A stretch of DNA of 64,000 nt from Squalus acanthias (lineage: Eukaryota): the NCBI GenBank assembly GCA_030390025.1, contig CM059432.1, positions 66,466,001-66,530,000 on the forward strand, read 5' to 3'. Positions 61,050-64,000 of this stretch are shown here, one piece after another (positions within the stretch are counted from its first letter, which is position 1; each line of letters opens with the position of its first letter). A program made the translations under genes and the position numbers. Below the pieces are notes generated by a model that had not been told where the DNA came from, did no database searches, and was given only the letters and a program-made list of their open reading frames with translations.

Positions 61050-62450
61050 GGGCTGGATTTTCCTGTGAATTGCTGCCTGTTTTGGGGTGAGTCGGGGGAG
61101 TAAAATGCCTACTGCCTTAAAAATGCCAGTCTAATATAGCACCAGCATTTTCTTGCCAAAAAAATCAGCAGTCCCCTTTAATGCCCACGAGGAGCCAGCT
61201 CCACCACATTTAAATAGGGTCAAGTGGATGTGGCTAATCTGTCCAACCAATTTTCCACAACTTCAACCCCACACCCACCCAAAATTATTACCGCCACTAT
61301 CTAACTGGCAGTAAGAGCACCAACAAGGTATCTGCTTGCAGGTGGCCATTTTATTTGCTGCAACTGAAGGTTGGTATTATTTTGCCTGTATATCAAACTA
61401 TTTGATCCTTTGGAGGTTTTTCCAGGACTTTTGCTGTTACTCTTAGCTCTATAAAAAGTGCAGCTTTGGACTGGGGATATGGAATTCCCAATGGGAATCC
61501 TTTTATTCCTTTGTTATGAAAAAGAGCAGGATGAGGAGATGGAAGAGGCTAGATTGGAAGCTATTATGAGTGAGGCATTACAGAAGAGGTTTGTTCCCTT
61601 CATGCAAATACCCACTCACCAGGGTTTACAGACCAAGAAGGTGTTAATTAGACTTTCCTAAATGTCAATGTGTCAGAAGGCTATACTTTCCCCTCCTGAA
61701 GGCTAGTGGGGAGATTTACCAACTTCCGACTGAAGACCTGCAGCCCACTCCCAGCAGAAGAAGAGCATTGTCTGTCCTTGTCATGGTCACCACGGCATTA
61801 AATTTCTTTGCAACCGGCAGCATCTGGTGATCTCTGTCACATTAGTTAGGCAGTAGCACACTGCTGCATCAAGAAGGTCATGGATGCTCTATTTAAGAGG
61901 GTGGATAATTTATACCTTTCCCAATGGAATGAGAGAAACAAGGAGAGAGAGAACTATCCAGTTCTAGCAGGGTTCCAACAGGTGCAAAGAACAATTGCAG
62001 AATGCATGCGTTATGCAAAGCCCCGTATGACAACTCCTTCAATTTTATGAACAAGAAAGGCTTTCATTCAATTAATGTGCAGTTAGTGCACGATGCTAGT
62101 CACATTATCCTGTATGTGAATGCCGAATATATCATTGTCACCATGTGATAATTTATCATGTCAGCCTCATGACTCAAAAACATGTGTCAGTACCATTGAT
62201 TCACAATTACAACTATCCCCTGTAGTGGTGGCTACTGGCGTCAGTAAGGCTTCCTCAGACAGAGGCAGACAACAGATACAATGAGGCCCATACAACTACA
62301 GGAATTGCTGTTGAATAGACTATAGGCTCAAAAGTCATTGTAGCTTGCTGCGTACTACATAATATCGCAATGAAGAATGGCTGGCTCTGAAATGGTGATG
62401 AAGACAGGGGAAGCACCGCCATCCCGCAGCCTGAAGAGAGTGCACGGGAA
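61050..62450 (+). mobile_element. Old, heavily decayed Harbinger with transposase remnants
   Basis: GGGCTGGATTTTC start; [32 protein letters not shown]. Confidence 0.78.
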
Positions 62451-63044
62451 GGGTAATTGGTAGATCAGGACATCCAGCAATCAGCAACTAGAGAAAGGAA
62501 TATGCATCAAATAAAGGTACAGAAATCCACATGAGTCTCCTGTCATTTTCGTCCCAAAAGTTACAAGCATACACAGAAATTAACTCAGAAATCTATGTCA
62601 CCACGTCAGGATGGTGTGTGACTTGGAACTTGGAGGTGATGATATTCCCATAATCTTGCTGCCCTTGTCTTTCTAAATGCTAGAAGGTTGTGGGCCTGGG
62701 ATGCGTTGTTGAAGTAAGCTTGGTAACATGTTGCAGTGCATCTTGTCAATCGTACGTACTACAGCCATAATGTACTCGTGGTGGAAGGGGTGTATATTGA
62801 GTCCAGTGACAGGGGTGCAGATCAATCAGACTGCTTTGTCCTGGATGGTGTCAACACTTCCTGGTTACCGCTTCCTTACCCACTGGCTTGCCTGCTACTC
62901 CCCCCAGATTTCTGCTTGCCCGCCCGCCCGCCTGCCTGATGTCCCATTTCCCTTCCACCCACCCAGTAATGGGATGTGTTGATTCACTGTGGAAGCCTAT
63001 ATCAACGTTTACACTCTGGATAGAGAGAGGCCCAGTGAGGACAA

Positions 63045-64000
63045 GGGGTAAAAATTCACTTGGTTGCGCCTCCCGTTAGCGCCTTAAGAGGGCGCTAATG
63101 GGGCGTTAAGCCGCTAACGCCCGGGCGCAGCGCTGTTTGCGCCGCTCGAGAACTTAACTTGAGATTGTGCGGCGGCGCTAAAACTTACCGCTGCGACCAC
63201 CTGCGCGCGCAGATTGTGACGTCATTCCATGGTGCAACGCCCTTGGGGCGCCCCGGAGCGGAAATTGAGTGGCGCCCCCTGCCTTACCGCCTGGCGCTTC
63301 CAACAACCGGAAGATTGGAACGTTATCAATCGGTGTGGGGCTGGGGGGGGCGCTATTTAAAGGGGGCCTCTTCCTGTCTTTTTCTGTGGTCGACATTTAT
63401 GCACCACTCGTTCTGAGAGAGAGAGAGAGATTCGGAGAGAGAGAGAGAGAGACTTCTACATTGACTCAACGCTTTGTGAGGTAGTTTTGCCTATTCATCC
63501 TAACTTTGTTGTTACTTTAGTTGCTGTACCTCATTACTTTTCTGGCAAAGAGAATATGGGGGCTGCAATGATTGGGGGCGTCGTCCTGCTCCAGCTGAAT
63601 CGGAGGATAGTGAGACGCAGACAGAGAGTGGCAATGATGGCCAGACGGAGGAGGGCCATCAGGCGCATGTACAGGAGAGCTTACCCTCCCAGGGTATATC
63701 GTGAACAGCTCTCCTACATCCATATGTCCGAGGAGCTGTGTTTGCGAAGGCTGCGATTCAGCAAGGAGGTGGTCACTGAGCTCTGCCACCTGCTGCAGCC
63801 AGATCTGCAGCCTCAGCTGAGGTCCAGGACGTCTCTGTCGGTGGCAGTGAAGGTCACAGTGGCTTTGAACTTCTACGCCACTGGCTCATTCCAAGCTGCT
63901 GTTGGGGACCTCGCCAATATCTCCCAGTTTGCGGTGCATCGCTGCATCCGGCAGGTCACCAATGCCCTCTTCAGAAGGAGACGAGACTTCATCTCTTTCC
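63045..64000 (+). mobile_element. Harbinger element, transposase end (runs off window)
   Basis: GGGGTAAAAATTC TIR and a CpG-rich subterminal region with TAGCGCC/GGCGCTA motifs. Confidence 0.88.
63556..64000 (+). CDS. Harbinger transposase (HARBI1-like) N-terminus, open to the window edge
   Basis: MGAAMIGG...PRVYREQLSYIHMSEELCLRRLRFSKEVVTELCHLLQPDL...VKVTVALNFYATGSFQ...FISF: 148 codons with no stop; absent from the supplied ORF track. Confidence 0.88.
   Translation, partial: MGAAMIGGVVLLQLNRRIVRRRQRVAMMARRRRAIRRMYRRAYPPRVYREQLSYIHMSEELCLRRLRFSKEVVTELCHLLQPDLQPQLRSRTSLSVAVKVTVALNFYATGSFQAAVGDLANISQFAVHRCIRQVTNALFRRRRDFISF

Overview
Eukaryotic, almost certainly cartilaginous-fish (shark/ray) genomic DNA, judged from an HE1-type V-SINE and the CR1, Penelope and Harbinger families present. 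I recognise no host protein-coding exon; the window is a dense, nested stack of transposable elements. The centrepiece is a decayed ~13.8 kb endogenous retrovirus (19955-33713, + strand). It has a tRNA-Lys PBS, a CCHC gag and a pol with PR-RT(YVDD)-tether-RNase H-IN. Its env, after removing one MITE, is a single-frame 779-codon class I fusion protein with a long Cys-rich F-protein-like TM subunit, which is the architecture described for lokiretroviruses. Also present are about ten PIF/Harbinger elements and MITEs (convergent HARBI1-like transposase and a 3-exon Myb/SANT gene), three long solo LTRs with 4-bp TSDs, and a four-level nest (Harbinger > LTR-B > LTR-A > CR1). Penelope-like elements with minimal hammerhead ribozymes, many CR1 fragments and several SINEs fill the rest. 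Coordinates were read by eye and family names come from motif recognition, not database searches.
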